Shown one piece after another: positions 21,311 through 31,500 of a stretch of 64,000 bases of DNA (positions are counted from its first letter, which is position 1; every line of letters begins with the position of its first letter). The position numbers were made by a program, and so were the translations under genes. The DNA is from Bacteroidia bacterium (GTDB taxonomy: Bacteria; Bacteroidota; Bacteroidia; AKYH767-A; 2013-40CM-41-45): contig JBBRND010000004.1 in the NCBI GenBank assembly GCA_038230515.1, forward strand, positions 125,192-189,191, in the 5' to 3' direction. The notes beneath the pieces are model-generated. The model was not told the origin of the DNA and searched no databases. It saw nothing but the letters and a program-made list of their open reading frames with translations.

Positions 21311-22215
21311 TTGGCAATAATGTTCTTCAGGAAGTGTTTTATCTGCGACACGACAGATGAATGCTGTAATTTATTCAGAGATAAAAAATAGTTTTCAAAA
21401 AAAGTACGTACCTGTTTATTTTCTTTGAGATCATTTCTTCTCAATTCCATTTTTGAAGAGCAAAGACTCACATCAAAAGCAGTGGATTGTTCCGCATGGG
21501 TACCACTTTTATCATTGCCGGTATTTTTGACAAATGATTGGGAAGGATAAAGTGTTAGTTGATTTTTGAGAAATGCAGATGCATACCAACGAACTGCCCA
21601 TGAATCATTCCTGCCTTCTATTTGGCGAAGCAACATTTCGGAGTAAGGGTAACTACTATTAAAATTAAATTCTGAAATCAAATTCTGATCAGTCAATTCC
21701 TTCAATAATTTTCTTCCATCCTTTTCAAAGGTATTCCAACTTCTTTTCCACGTTGCCCAGCCCCAGCAATCAGCACCGCGAATAAAAAATGTTTCGGGTG
21801 GCTTTTCTAAAAGCGGATAAATGTACCCGCTGATACATGCAACTTCCTGATCATGCTCGTACATATTGAGTGCATCGTTTGCATAGTCAAGAAAATACTC
21901 CGATAAAATCATGTCGTCTTCAAGAACGATTACCTTTTCAAACTCTTTGAAAACACTCGTTACACCCAACATAACCGAATGCGAAAGCCCTTTGTTTTCT
22001 AATGATTCAACAATGCGCACATTTTTGGCAAACCCAACTTGGTGAATTATTTTTCTTACTTGTTTTATTTTTTCTTCGTCACCATTATTTTTTGCCCCAT
22101 CAGAAAAGACAATCAATGATGATGAGGAAATTATTTTGTTTTGCGATAGCGATTGAAGGATTTGCTCCAAATGCAATGGGCGGTTGTAACAAAATAAAAC
22201 AATTGGGGCCGTCAT
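21307..22215 (-). CDS. Glycosyltransferase family 2/GT-A
   Basis: APIVLFCYNRP, VLEDD, DCWGWATW, NTGNDKSGTH. ATG at 22215 overlaps the upstream TGA (ATGA). Confidence 0.85.
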   Translation of the reverse strand: MTAPIVLFCYNRPLHLEQILQSLSQNKIISSSSLIVFSDGAKNNGDEEKIKQVRKIIHQVGFAKNVRIVESLENKGLSHSVMLGVTSVFKEFEKVIVLEDDMILSEYFLDYANDALNMYEHDQEVACISGYIYPLLEKPPETFFIRGADCWGWATWKRSWNTFEKDGRKLLKELTDQNLISEFNFNSSYPYSEMLLRQIEGRNDSWAVRWYASAFLKNQLTLYPSQSFVKNTGNDKSGTHAEQSTAFDVSLCSSKMELRRNDLKENKQVRTFFENYFLSLNKLQHSSVVSQIKHFLKNIIAK

Positions 22216-22922
22216 TTTATCTTTCTCCAAATTGTTGTTTTGGAAAACTCCAATAAAAAAGGTGCCGGACCGCTCTGATCGCAAACTATTTTAAATCTTT
22301 GATCAAAATCAATAGGAAGATTTTCGAGGTAATATTCGCGGTTCGAATTGTCTAGAAGTAAGTATCCCCCCTGCTTTAACTTAGGAATTGCATGCTTAAG
22401 ACAAGATGGCCGAGCTCTTCCGTCAACAAGAATCCAGTCAAAGGATTCATAAGGATAGTTATCAACATAGCTGCAATAAGTTTTAAAATCATATTTAAGA
22501 AATTCTTGGGCTGATGATCGGTACTGCATTGCGTCTGCATTGGAAGTTCCTGTTTCTCCAACAAATTTTGGCTCGATTAAAAACCCTTTCCATTTTTTGA
22601 TGTTCTCGGTTTTTATTTTCTCACGCAAGGTATCAAACCATCGCTTGTCATGCTCTACAGAAATAACTTCTTCGACACGCTTGCATAAAAACAAGGTAGA
22701 ACCCCCACTTCCATATTCAAATACCTTCATAGTGCGGTGAAGATGCTTTTCCATAAACCGGATGGCTTCAAAAGTGACCCATGGCATTGCGTTCCCCACC
22801 GGTGTTTGGTATGGTGGAAGAAATCGCTTCCATCTAAAATAATCTTTAGCGAAAACAAGCCAATGAAGCAATCCCGCATTCGATTTTAAAATCTCTTTAA
22901 TATAAATTTTTGGATATTTCAC
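22212..22922 (-). CDS. Class I SAM-dependent methyltransferase
   Basis: PWVT, VFEYGSGGST, SVEHD, ILVDGRAR, GGYLLLDNS. Confidence 0.85.
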   Translation of the reverse strand: MKYPKIYIKEILKSNAGLLHWLVFAKDYFRWKRFLPPYQTPVGNAMPWVTFEAIRFMEKHLHRTMKVFEYGSGGSTLFLCKRVEEVISVEHDKRWFDTLREKIKTENIKKWKGFLIEPKFVGETGTSNADAMQYRSSAQEFLKYDFKTYCSYVDNYPYESFDWILVDGRARPSCLKHAIPKLKQGGYLLLDNSNREYYLENLPIDFDQRFKIVCDQSGPAPFLLEFSKTTIWRKIK

Positions 22923-24160
22923 TACTGATTTATTAAACGAAAATGGTGATCGATAAAAAAATTTCCCTGCCCTGCCGGAGGTAGCTTTCCAGTGGCATAA
23001 TAATCCCCTGCTTCTACGTGAAAGCTGCCTGCATTTTGTATCCAGTCGGTTACTTCATTATTTACTTTTGAATAAATGGTGAATGTATAAAGACCTGCAC
23101 GAAATGGTATTTTGCTCAATGCAATTTCAACAGTGCCGGATTCACCTTTCACTTGATTAAACTGCTGATTTGTCACCTCGTTGCTAAAGATAGTTATTCG
23201 GTGCCCGTTCTGATCGTCCACACCAACAGATACATGAAAATTATTCAACTCGGAACTGCTGGTAATATTAAAGTTCAAATTTAGCGAACCGCTCTTTCCA
23301 CTTTGCAGCAAATCTACCTGATTTCCCGCCTCATCTTTTAATGTTACTGAAACAAAGCGGATAGCACCGTTGCCGCTTCGATCTTTTCTGTTTGCTAATT
23401 CAATGGAATGGTTGGCCGTAGAGGGCTGCAAATATTGAGAAACGATTTGGTCGGTAGTGCCTGCCCTTACGAGCGAACCTGATCTCAGGAAAATACATTT
23501 AAGGCAAAGATTTTGAATTGCTGCCATGTTATGGCTTACAAAAAGAATCGTTCGCCCGCTTTTGCTTACCTCATCCATTTTACCCATACATTTTTTCTGA
23601 AACTCTGTATCACCTACAGCAAGAACTTCATCAATGATGAGGATTTCAGGTTCCAGAAAAGCAGCTACGGCAAATGCAAGCCGAAGCTGCATGCCGCTTG
23701 AGTAGTGCTTTAAGGGAGTATCAAGAAATTTTGCAACACTTGAGAACTCGACAATTTCATCAAACTTATCTTGAATTTCAATGCGCTTCATTCCAAGAAT
23801 GGAGCCATTGAGAAAAATATTTTCTCTCCCCGATAATTCGGGATGGAAGCCAGTTCCTACTTCAAGTAAACTGGCGATGCGTCCGCGGGAAATAATTTTA
23901 CCTGAAGTGGGTGGCGTAATCTTAGACAGAATCTTAAGTAGGGTACTTTTACCTGCACCGTTCTTGCCGATAATGCCAACGCTTTCTCCTGCATTTACAT
24001 TGAACGAAATATCTTTAAGCGCCCAGAATTCTTCTGTTCTCTTTGACTTTTTTCCACTGAACAACTGACCCACCTGCTCCCTTAAACTGAGATAAGGTTG
24101 CAGTTCATGCGAGATGCGGAAGCGTTTGGAAATATTTTCAATCTGTAGGATAGGGTTCAT
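22922..24160 (-). CDS. wzt: Polysaccharide ABC transporter ATP-binding protein with C-terminal carbohydrate-binding domain
   Basis: GKNGAGKST, LEVGTGFHPELSGREN, YSSGM, IIDEVLAVGD, plus a ~160-aa Wzt_C-like extension. Confidence 0.93.
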   Translation of the reverse strand: MNPILQIENISKRFRISHELQPYLSLREQVGQLFSGKKSKRTEEFWALKDISFNVNAGESVGIIGKNGAGKSTLLKILSKITPPTSGKIISRGRIASLLEVGTGFHPELSGRENIFLNGSILGMKRIEIQDKFDEIVEFSSVAKFLDTPLKHYSSGMQLRLAFAVAAFLEPEILIIDEVLAVGDTEFQKKCMGKMDEVSKSGRTILFVSHNMAAIQNLCLKCIFLRSGSLVRAGTTDQIVSQYLQPSTANHSIELANRKDRSGNGAIRFVSVTLKDEAGNQVDLLQSGKSGSLNLNFNITSSSELNNFHVSVGVDDQNGHRITIFSNEVTNQQFNQVKGESGTVEIALSKIPFRAGLYTFTIYSKVNNEVTDWIQNAGSFHVEAGDYYATGKLPPAGQGNFFIDHHFRLINQ

Positions 24161-24190
24161 AAATATCAGATCAGCAATTCAAGATAACCA

Positions 24191-25129
24191 TCAACTGCGG
24201 TTTAGTTTATCTTTTTTTAGAAATGGATTTTCGGGAATGTCAATAAAAGAAAAACCTTCAGCTTCCAGTTTTACTCTTAACCCAGCATCTGCTTTCCTTT
24301 TAAAAAGAATAACAGTAATGCTGGAATACGTCTGCATACCCAGTGTGCACTTAAGATTATCCTTTCTGATTTTATTTTTTACTTTTTCAAACAAATTATT
24401 TCCTAAAACTGCTTTTTCAAACTCCACTCCTTTTTCATAATAATCATTATAATAGCGGTAGGCAATTGCGGGAAGCTGAATTCCAAGTGCTACTTTTTCC
24501 ATCTCATCTTTTGATACGCAGTAAATGTAATTGCCGCTTTCTTCAAAACTCCATGTTTCAAGATGCGCGATTGATTTTCCCAAAAGTTTCTTAATAGGAT
24601 TTACAAGCAGCTTGGTGATTCTTTCCGGAATTTTTTTATTTCTGCGTTCATTCGGTTCTACAAGAATGACTCCTTCTTTTGCTACGCGGAGCATTTCATA
24701 CAAGGCAATGTAAGGGCGGGGAAAATGATGAAACGATTCTTTGCAAAAACAAAAATCAAATTCATCGTCACGAAATGAAAGCGCTTCGGCATTTTCTTCG
24801 TTGTATTCTTTTATGAGATTTTTTTCTTTTGCTTCCTTGAGTAAAGCAATGTCTATATCAGTAGGAAGTATTTCGAGCTCAGGTTGCAATTGCTTGAGCC
24901 TAATAGAGTCCAGCCCGAATCGGCCATCTCCGAGGGTGACCCATTTTGTTTTTTTATACTGATCGAACAATGGCTGGAGCGGCTTTACACCTTGCAGATG
25001 CCGCCAGAAGTCCACCGTGTCTTCCTGAAACCAGGATGCTTCAAGGCGCCTGGATTCTTCGTCACGATTTGCATAGTGTTCGCGATGCATCTCGTAACTT
25101 AGTTCTATATTATTTTTAATCTCATCCAT
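24191..25129 (-). CDS. SAM-dependent methyltransferase (type 11-like)
   Basis: TLGDGRFG, ENAEALSF, FDFCFCKESFHH, EMLRV, LVEPN. Confidence 0.8.
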   Translation of the reverse strand: MDEIKNNIELSYEMHREHYANRDEESRRLEASWFQEDTVDFWRHLQGVKPLQPLFDQYKKTKWVTLGDGRFGLDSIRLKQLQPELEILPTDIDIALLKEAKEKNLIKEYNEENAEALSFRDDEFDFCFCKESFHHFPRPYIALYEMLRVAKEGVILVEPNERRNKKIPERITKLLVNPIKKLLGKSIAHLETWSFEESGNYIYCVSKDEMEKVALGIQLPAIAYRYYNDYYEKGVEFEKAVLGNNLFEKVKNKIRKDNLKCTLGMQTYSSITVILFKRKADAGLRVKLEAEGFSFIDIPENPFLKKDKLNRS

Positions 25130-25141
25130 AGTCAAATAATA

Positions 25142-25960
25142 TTATGCAAGATCTGCGAAGTAGTATTCTGTTTTCCTGAAATAATAAATGCCGATGATGA
25201 AGAGAAGGATGGCAACCAAGGTGCTTTGATAAAAAAGAAACCATTGAACAGGCGTACCAGTTAGTACACTCCGAGTAAGATCAATGGCTCCCGCCATGGG
25301 GTTCAGTTGAAGGATTTGCAGCACCCAAGGAATTTTAATAACAGACACTGGGTAGATGACAGGCGTTAGAAACATCATGATCTGAATCATGAATGGAATT
25401 ATGTACCTGAAGTCGCGGTACTTGATATTTAGTGCTGCAAAAAAACTTCCTAATCCGAAAGTGGTTATTACGCAAATGAAAACGCTGGCGGGAATTGCAA
25501 GCAGCAACATGGGAATGGTGCGCTGATAATGGTAATAAAACAGGATGCCGGCATACACTACAAGCGTCATGCAGAAATCAACAAGCGTGGATAGGATGGA
25601 GGAGATGGGAATGATGAGTCGAGGGAAATAAATTTTCTTGATGATATTTGAATTGTTCACCATGCTGTTACCCGCATTAGCAAGCCCGGTAGAAAATATT
25701 GTCCAGAGCATGAGACCGGAATAAACAAAAACGGGGTATGGAATATCTCCGCTCTCCACATGGAGGGCTGTAGAAAAGAACAGGGTGAAGACAACCATTA
25801 AAAGAAACGGCTGCAGGATGGCCCATGCAGCGCCAAGTACGGTTTGCTTGTACTTTATTTTGATGTCGCGCCAGGTAAAAAAGAAAATGAGTTCACGGTA
25901 TTCCCACAATTCTCGAAGATTGAGCGAAAATTTTCCTGTAGGTTTTATTTCGTATTCCAT
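25142..25960 (-). CDS. wzm: Polysaccharide ABC transporter permease
   Basis: RDIKIKYKQTVLG.AWAILQP, KIYFPR, KYRD, TPVIYP, LNPM, FAD. Confidence 0.93.
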   Translation of the reverse strand: MEYEIKPTGKFSLNLRELWEYRELIFFFTWRDIKIKYKQTVLGAAWAILQPFLLMVVFTLFFSTALHVESGDIPYPVFVYSGLMLWTIFSTGLANAGNSMVNNSNIIKKIYFPRLIIPISSILSTLVDFCMTLVVYAGILFYYHYQRTIPMLLLAIPASVFICVITTFGLGSFFAALNIKYRDFRYIIPFMIQIMMFLTPVIYPVSVIKIPWVLQILQLNPMAGAIDLTRSVLTGTPVQWFLFYQSTLVAILLFIIGIYYFRKTEYYFADLA

Positions 25961-26047
25961 TGAAACAGTTTTAATTTAGAGATTTATCGTTTGAGTTTTG
26001 AAGTTTAATTCGAAACTTCAAAACTTAAACCAGAAATCTAACGGAAG

Positions 26048-26078
26048 CAAACCTAACGGAATTATTTTTGAATGCAAA
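26048..26078 (-). promoter_or_regulatory. Bacteroidota sigma-A promoter of the wzm operon
   Basis: Minus strand TTTG-N19-TAGGTTTG, matching the TTTG / TAnnTTTG consensus. Confidence 0.75.
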
Positions 26079-26203
26079 TGAAGAATTTGGCGGACGAATC
26101 TTTTTCGGTTGCGAAGTTGTGATTTTATGGAGTGAGCCAATCTAAAAAAAAATTGAAAATATTTTTATGAAGGAATGCTGTTCAGAATTTCTATTCACCA
26201 GTT

Positions 26204-26974
26204 TTATTTCCTTGTTCCGTATTTCCAGTTTTGATCGAAGGGCAACGCATCATCAGATGCAAAGAAATAAAAGTTATGCCGTGATGGATACTTGGTTTCA
26301 AACACAAGTACATTTTTGAAATGAGGGACGAAAAATCGTTTCAGATCTTCTTTCGATTTGAATTCATATTCATGATGCACTAATTGTTTGGTGCCAGTCT
26401 CTAGCTCCTTCAACGTATATCCACTAAGGACTCCGCCCGGGGCTATTCTGCTTTTGGTGGTTGCTACTACTGCATCAATTTCTTCGGGAGTAAAATGTTC
26501 GATGGATCCATCCCAGATAATATTTGAGAAAAGTCCTTCGGGCATTTGCGTTCGTATATCGGCTTCGGTGAACTGCACGTTGGGTGCATGATTATAGCGA
26601 AGTGCGTGGTGTATTGCTGCGCTGTCAAAATCTACACTGACTACTTTTGAAGCACGAATGGAATAAAAATGACAGGCATTGAATCCGTCTCCACAGCAAA
26701 GTTCAAGCACCTTGCATCCGGCTTCCATAACAAGCAAGTTGAAGATGCCACGCTCCACCCAAAACGGTATACGTGTTTCGTGCCATTGAAAGGCAAGGTC
26801 GCAATAGTGATCATGCCATTCGGGGGGGGGGGCAACGCCCCAGTCAAAGTTAAACTGCTCGCGGTGCGCGCGCGCTGCTTTTTCGCGCATGTTGTAACTT
26901 CGTTGCTTGATATATGCACCCACTTTTTTTTTACCGAAAATTTTAACGAGTAACAGGTAGATGCGCCATCTCAT
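26204..26974 (-). CDS. Class I SAM-dependent methyltransferase with internal C11 tract
   Basis: VLELCCGDG, VSVDFD, ADIR, IEHF, PGGVLSG. Confidence 0.85.
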   Translation of the reverse strand: MRWRIYLLLVKIFGKKKVGAYIKQRSYNMREKAARAHREQFNFDWGVAPPPEWHDHYCDLAFQWHETRIPFWVERGIFNLLVMEAGCKVLELCCGDGFNACHFYSIRASKVVSVDFDSAAIHHALRYNHAPNVQFTEADIRTQMPEGLFSNIIWDGSIEHFTPEEIDAVVATTKSRIAPGGVLSGYTLKELETGTKQLVHHEYEFKSKEDLKRFFVPHFKNVLVFETKYPSRHNFYFFASDDALPFDQNWKYGTRK

Positions 26975-26994
26975 AGTGTATTTTGTTTAGGAAG

Positions 26995-27025
26995 CAAACC
27001 TAACGGAATTATTTCTTACCGCAAA
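26995..27025 (-). promoter_or_regulatory. Bacteroidota sigma-A promoter of the methyltransferase gene
   Basis: Minus strand TTTG-N19-TAGGTTTG. Near copy of the wzm promoter. Confidence 0.75.
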
Positions 27026-27165
27026 AGAAGAAGCGAATATACAAGTACGACAATCACCAACAGAATCTCATTCGTATCTATAAGATATTTTTCTCCCGCA
27101 AAATTTTGGCTAAAAGAAAACCCTGCTCGTGATAACAGTGCATGAGAAATCTTAGTTTGCAAATT

Positions 27166-27612
27166 TTACTCCGCGACTACTTCAAAAGTAATTTTTGCTT
27201 TGATCTCCTTATGAAGATTTACCGTTGCTGTGTAAGTGCCGATAGCTTTGATATGTTCACCATCAATACGAATGCGTTTGCGATCAACATTCACTCCGAG
27301 TTTGCTGAGAGCATCAGCAATCTGCAACGCAGTTATTGAACCATAGATTTTTCCGGTCTCACTCGCTTTCGCCCCGATGCGTAGTGTTGTTGCTTCGAGT
27401 TGTTTTGCAACCGCTTCTGCATCACCTTTTATTTTTTGTGCTTTATGGCTGCGCTGCTTCTGTGTTTCAGTAAGCATCTTGCGGTTGGCTTCACTTGCAA
27501 TGGATGCAAGTCCGCGCGGGATAAGAAAGTTACGGGCGTAACCGGCTTTTACTTTTACGATTTCATCGGCATAACCGAGGTTGTCGAGATCTTGTTTAAG
27601 AATAACTTCCAT
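27166..27612 (-). CDS. rplI: 50S ribosomal protein L9
   Basis: MEVILKQD..LG...VKVKAGYARNFLIP, GKIYGSIT. Confidence 0.98.
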   Translation of the reverse strand: MEVILKQDLDNLGYADEIVKVKAGYARNFLIPRGLASIASEANRKMLTETQKQRSHKAQKIKGDAEAVAKQLEATTLRIGAKASETGKIYGSITALQIADALSKLGVNVDRKRIRIDGEHIKAIGTYTATVNLHKEIKAKITFEVVAE

Positions 27613-27688
27613 GGGAAAGTTTAATGTTTAAGGTCTAACGTTTTATGTTGGAAACCAAGACAGGATTTGTCCCAGTACTTGATACTTT

Positions 27689-27955
27689 CTACTTATACAG
27701 ATCAGCTACATACGGCATCAAAGCAATGTGGCGGGCACGTTTGATTGCCTGACCTACTTTGCGTTGATATTTGAGTGATGTGCCGGTTAATCTGCGAGGA
27801 AGAACCTTGCCTTGCTCATTTACAAACTTTGCAAGAAAGTTCGGGTCTTTGTAGTCAATATACTTAATGCCTGACTTTTTAAAGCGGCAGTATTTTTTCC
27901 TTTGTGTATCTACCTGCGGTGGGGCAAGGTATCTTACTTCATTCGGGTTTGCCAT
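27689..27955 (-). CDS. rpsR: 30S ribosomal protein S18
   Basis: [27 protein letters not shown]. Confidence 0.98.
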   Translation of the reverse strand: MANPNEVRYLAPPQVDTQRKKYCRFKKSGIKYIDYKDPNFLAKFVNEQGKVLPRRLTGTSLKYQRKVGQAIKRARHIALMPYVADLYK

Positions 27956-27975
27956 TTGTTTCTTTCGGATTTCTG

Positions 27976-28341
27976 TTAAGCTGCTGTTTGTTGTTCTTCT
28001 TCTTTTTTCACAGAAGCATTTTTACGCTTCTTTTCATTGTATGCAATTGCGTGTTTGTCGAGGGCAACGGTTAGAAAGCGCATGATCCGTTCATCGCGGG
28101 TAAATTCGACTTCAAGCTTGTTGATCAGCTCGCCTTCGCATTTATACTCGATAAGATAATAGAACCCTGTATTCTTTTTCTGAATAGGGTATGCCAGCTT
28201 GCGCAATCCCCAATTGTTCTCATGAACAATCTCGGTTCCGTTGTCGGTGAGGATTTTCTTGAATTTGGTAACGGTATCCATCATTTGATCTTCGGAAAGA
28301 ACCGGAGTCATGATGAACACTGTTTCATAATGATGTAACAT
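27976..28341 (-). CDS. rpsF: 30S ribosomal protein S6
   Basis: [27 protein letters not shown]. Confidence 0.98.
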   Translation of the reverse strand: MLHHYETVFIMTPVLSEDQMMDTVTKFKKILTDNGTEIVHENNWGLRKLAYPIQKKNTGFYYLIEYKCEGELINKLEVEFTRDERIMRFLTVALDKHAIAYNEKKRKNASVKKEEEQQTAA

Positions 28342-28385
28342 GCTGGATTTGATTTGATTTATTTGATTTTCTTAAAAATGGGATG

Positions 28386-28415
28386 CAAATGTAAGAAGAT
28401 TTTGCAACCTGCAAA
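28386..28415 (-). promoter_or_regulatory. Promoter of rpsF-rpsR-rplI
   Basis: Minus strand TTTG-N18-TACATTTG. Confidence 0.7.
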
Positions 28416-28548
28416 ATGGAGTTAAAAATAAATTTAGAATATTGAGTATCGAATCGTTTTAGAAAGAAATTTAGGCACATAATGACTGGTTACTTTCTTA
28501 AACGCTAAACGGGAAAAAAAATTTGAAAAATTTCAGAATTATTTCTGA

Positions 28549-31500
28549 TTACATCTTCACAATCTTCTTCGTTGTAACAGAAAAACCTGTAATAAGATTA
28601 AGTTGATACACATCAGGCGGAAGTGAAGAAAGATCAAGAAGAAGTTTTTGCAACCCGTCCTTAAGAGAAATTTCTTTTTCAATCACGATTTGTCCGATAG
28701 CATTTGATAAAACAAACTTCACGCTTCCACCTTCAGTTAAATTCAGATCAATGGAAACTGCCGAGTAAGTAGGATTCGGATAGATTCCGATGATTTCATG
28801 ATGATTGGAAGGATCGCAATTGGCAAGAATATTAACTGAGTAAGAAATCTTTCCGTCATAATCCACTTGCTTCAAACGATAGTAAACGTTCTGAGCTACT
28901 GCTTTATCATTTGCTTCGTAATAATGCTGTTCTGTTGAAGTACCGTTACCTTTCACAATTGCAATTTTTTCAAAATTTTCTCCGTCAAAACTTTTCTCCA
29001 ATTCAAAGTGATCGTTGTTTATTTCGCTCGCTGTTGTCCAGTTGAGAATGACATTTTCATTATTGCAATCAGAAGTAAAGCTTATTAGTTCTATCGGAAG
29101 CGGAATGGATTGGGGAGAAATGTTGAAGTTTTCAGTGTTGAAAATATTCCATGCTGATTTTGTCACACTTGATAATGCAGGAGAACCTGCGCCTGTGTTC
29201 GCAACAAGTCCCAGATCATTCCATCTCACCGGAGGAGCCATTGGCCCCCACTCTGTCATCAGGTTGGTGGCAAAACTTACTACGCCATCAGCCACGTTAT
29301 CATAATAAAGTTTGATGTCAGTTACTGTTGTACCGCTTATTTTATTGATTCGCTGATACCATAGCGGATTAATAACCCCTAAACTCGGATCTTTTACTGC
29401 GCGGTTGTATCCCTGAGTATTCGGATCGTTGTTTACAAACCGAACACCAAATGTAGAAGTAACGGTACTTGTCGGTTTTATTTCTACAGGACGATAGCGT
29501 GCCACGCCAAGGGCAGAGCCAACGGGATAAACATACGCACCTGTGCTGTTTGTATTTCTCCAAAGCTTCCCGTTATTTGTGCTGCTTACAAAACCTTGAA
29601 CGGGTATAGAATTAAACCCTCCTGTTCGAGTGATCGCACCAACTGCGGTGTTGGTTACATACATCACATAATCATTTGTAGCAAGTTCGAGATCATTCAA
29701 AGCAAGTGTACCTTCAGTGTGTGCATCCACTGCCTGAGATTTTACCCCCGTTCCTAGCAACGTGAGGTTATAATAATAAGTAGGCGTTGATCCGAGAATT
29801 CCCTGCGCGCTTCCGCCAAATATTGTAGTACCAGGACTTGAATTGATGAAACAATTGCTCGCAGAATTATTTGTCCAGTCACCTTGCAATTGGAATGTTC
29901 CGCTATTATCAATGTTGCCGATGTTTACTCCATTGTCCTGATTAATGAACCCGCCTTCATCGTAAATCAATGCACCGGGTTGAAGGAAAATGAGAGATCC
30001 ATCATTCACAATCAATCCGCTTCCAGCGCTTGGGCAATTCTGAACAGTGATATAATTGACGGTCGTCTTTGTATTATTTCCAAATGCATTCGTAGCTGTA
30101 AGCGAAACCGTATAGGTCCCTGCCGCTGCATAATTCACTACAGGATTTTGTAAAGCAGATGCACCGGGTGCTCCACCTGCAAACGTCCAACTCCACGAAG
30201 CAGGTCCTCCGGTAGAAAGATCAAAAAAGTTTACATCCTGTCCCGCACATATAGTCGTTGGTGCACCTGCAAAATTTGCAGTTGGTGCCGAACATGCATT
30301 GACAGTAATATAATTGGTACGGGTTAAAAAGCTTGTACCACTTCCATTGGAACATATTAGTGTAACCGTGTAAACTCCTGTTGCATTGTATGTGATCACC
30401 GGATTTTGTGCAAGTGATGTAGTGGGAGTTCCTCCGGCAAATGTCCACTGCCAAGAATTCGGAAAGCCGGTAGAAAGATCGCTGTATGTTACACTACTGC
30501 CAACACAAACCGTAGTTGGTGTTCCGGTAAAATTACAAACCGGTGGAGGCGGACAATTATTAACCGTGATGTAATTTACTATTGTTTTCGTATCAGTACC
30601 GTAAGCGTTTGTAACCTGAAGCGTAACGTTGTAAACTCCGGCTGCTGCATAACTTACAACAGGATTTTGCAATCCAGAAGCCGCGGGAACTCCACCAGGA
30701 AATGTCCATGCCCACGTGGTTGGTGTGTTCGTACTCGCATCAAAAAAAGAAACTGATTGCCCTGCACATAATGTAGTTGGCGATCCCGTAAAGTTAGATG
30801 TAGGCGCACAATTATTTACTGTGATATAACTTGTCTTTGTTCTCGTATCAGAGCCGGAAGCATTGGTTGCAGTAAGTGTTACCGTATAAACACCGGGTGC
30901 ACCGTAAGTAACTGTCGGATTTTGTGCACCAGAAGCGGCAGGTGCTCCTCCGGGGAATGTCCAACTCCATGATGTAGGAGTATTCAAACTTGCATCTGTA
31001 AAATTGACGGTGAGGGGAGCACAACCTGATAACGGATTACCAATAAAATCTGCGGTAGGCGCATTAAGTGTGCAGTTAGCTGGAGTCAATGCAATCATTG
31101 GAGCAGGACCACATGCATTTGCAATTACACTTCTGCTCATGATGTCATTGCCGCCTGCGACCTCACTTCCTGCGGTGAGTACGCGTCTTGTAATTCCATT
31201 CGAAATAGCATAGTTCATTACTGTTACGGGAAGAATCGTATGACCTAATTGATGACTATGGCCCAATTCATGAACACAAACCGATTCAAAATCATATTCT
31301 GCAAAAGCAGGAAGGGCAGGACCATACTGCCATGTAATTCCTCCGGTACCATTTGTGCGGAACTTCAAATCATTTTCATTGAGATACCAAACGCCTGCTC
31401 CACAACCTGCATAATAGCTGTATGAAATTCCGAGCACGCCTGCGGGTACTGCACACGAACCGTCAAACGTTACAATGTTGCTGCCATCCAACGCCTGACA

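Noticed and set aside
30040-31060. ~255-bp periodic repeats
   Set aside because: Coding PKD domains.
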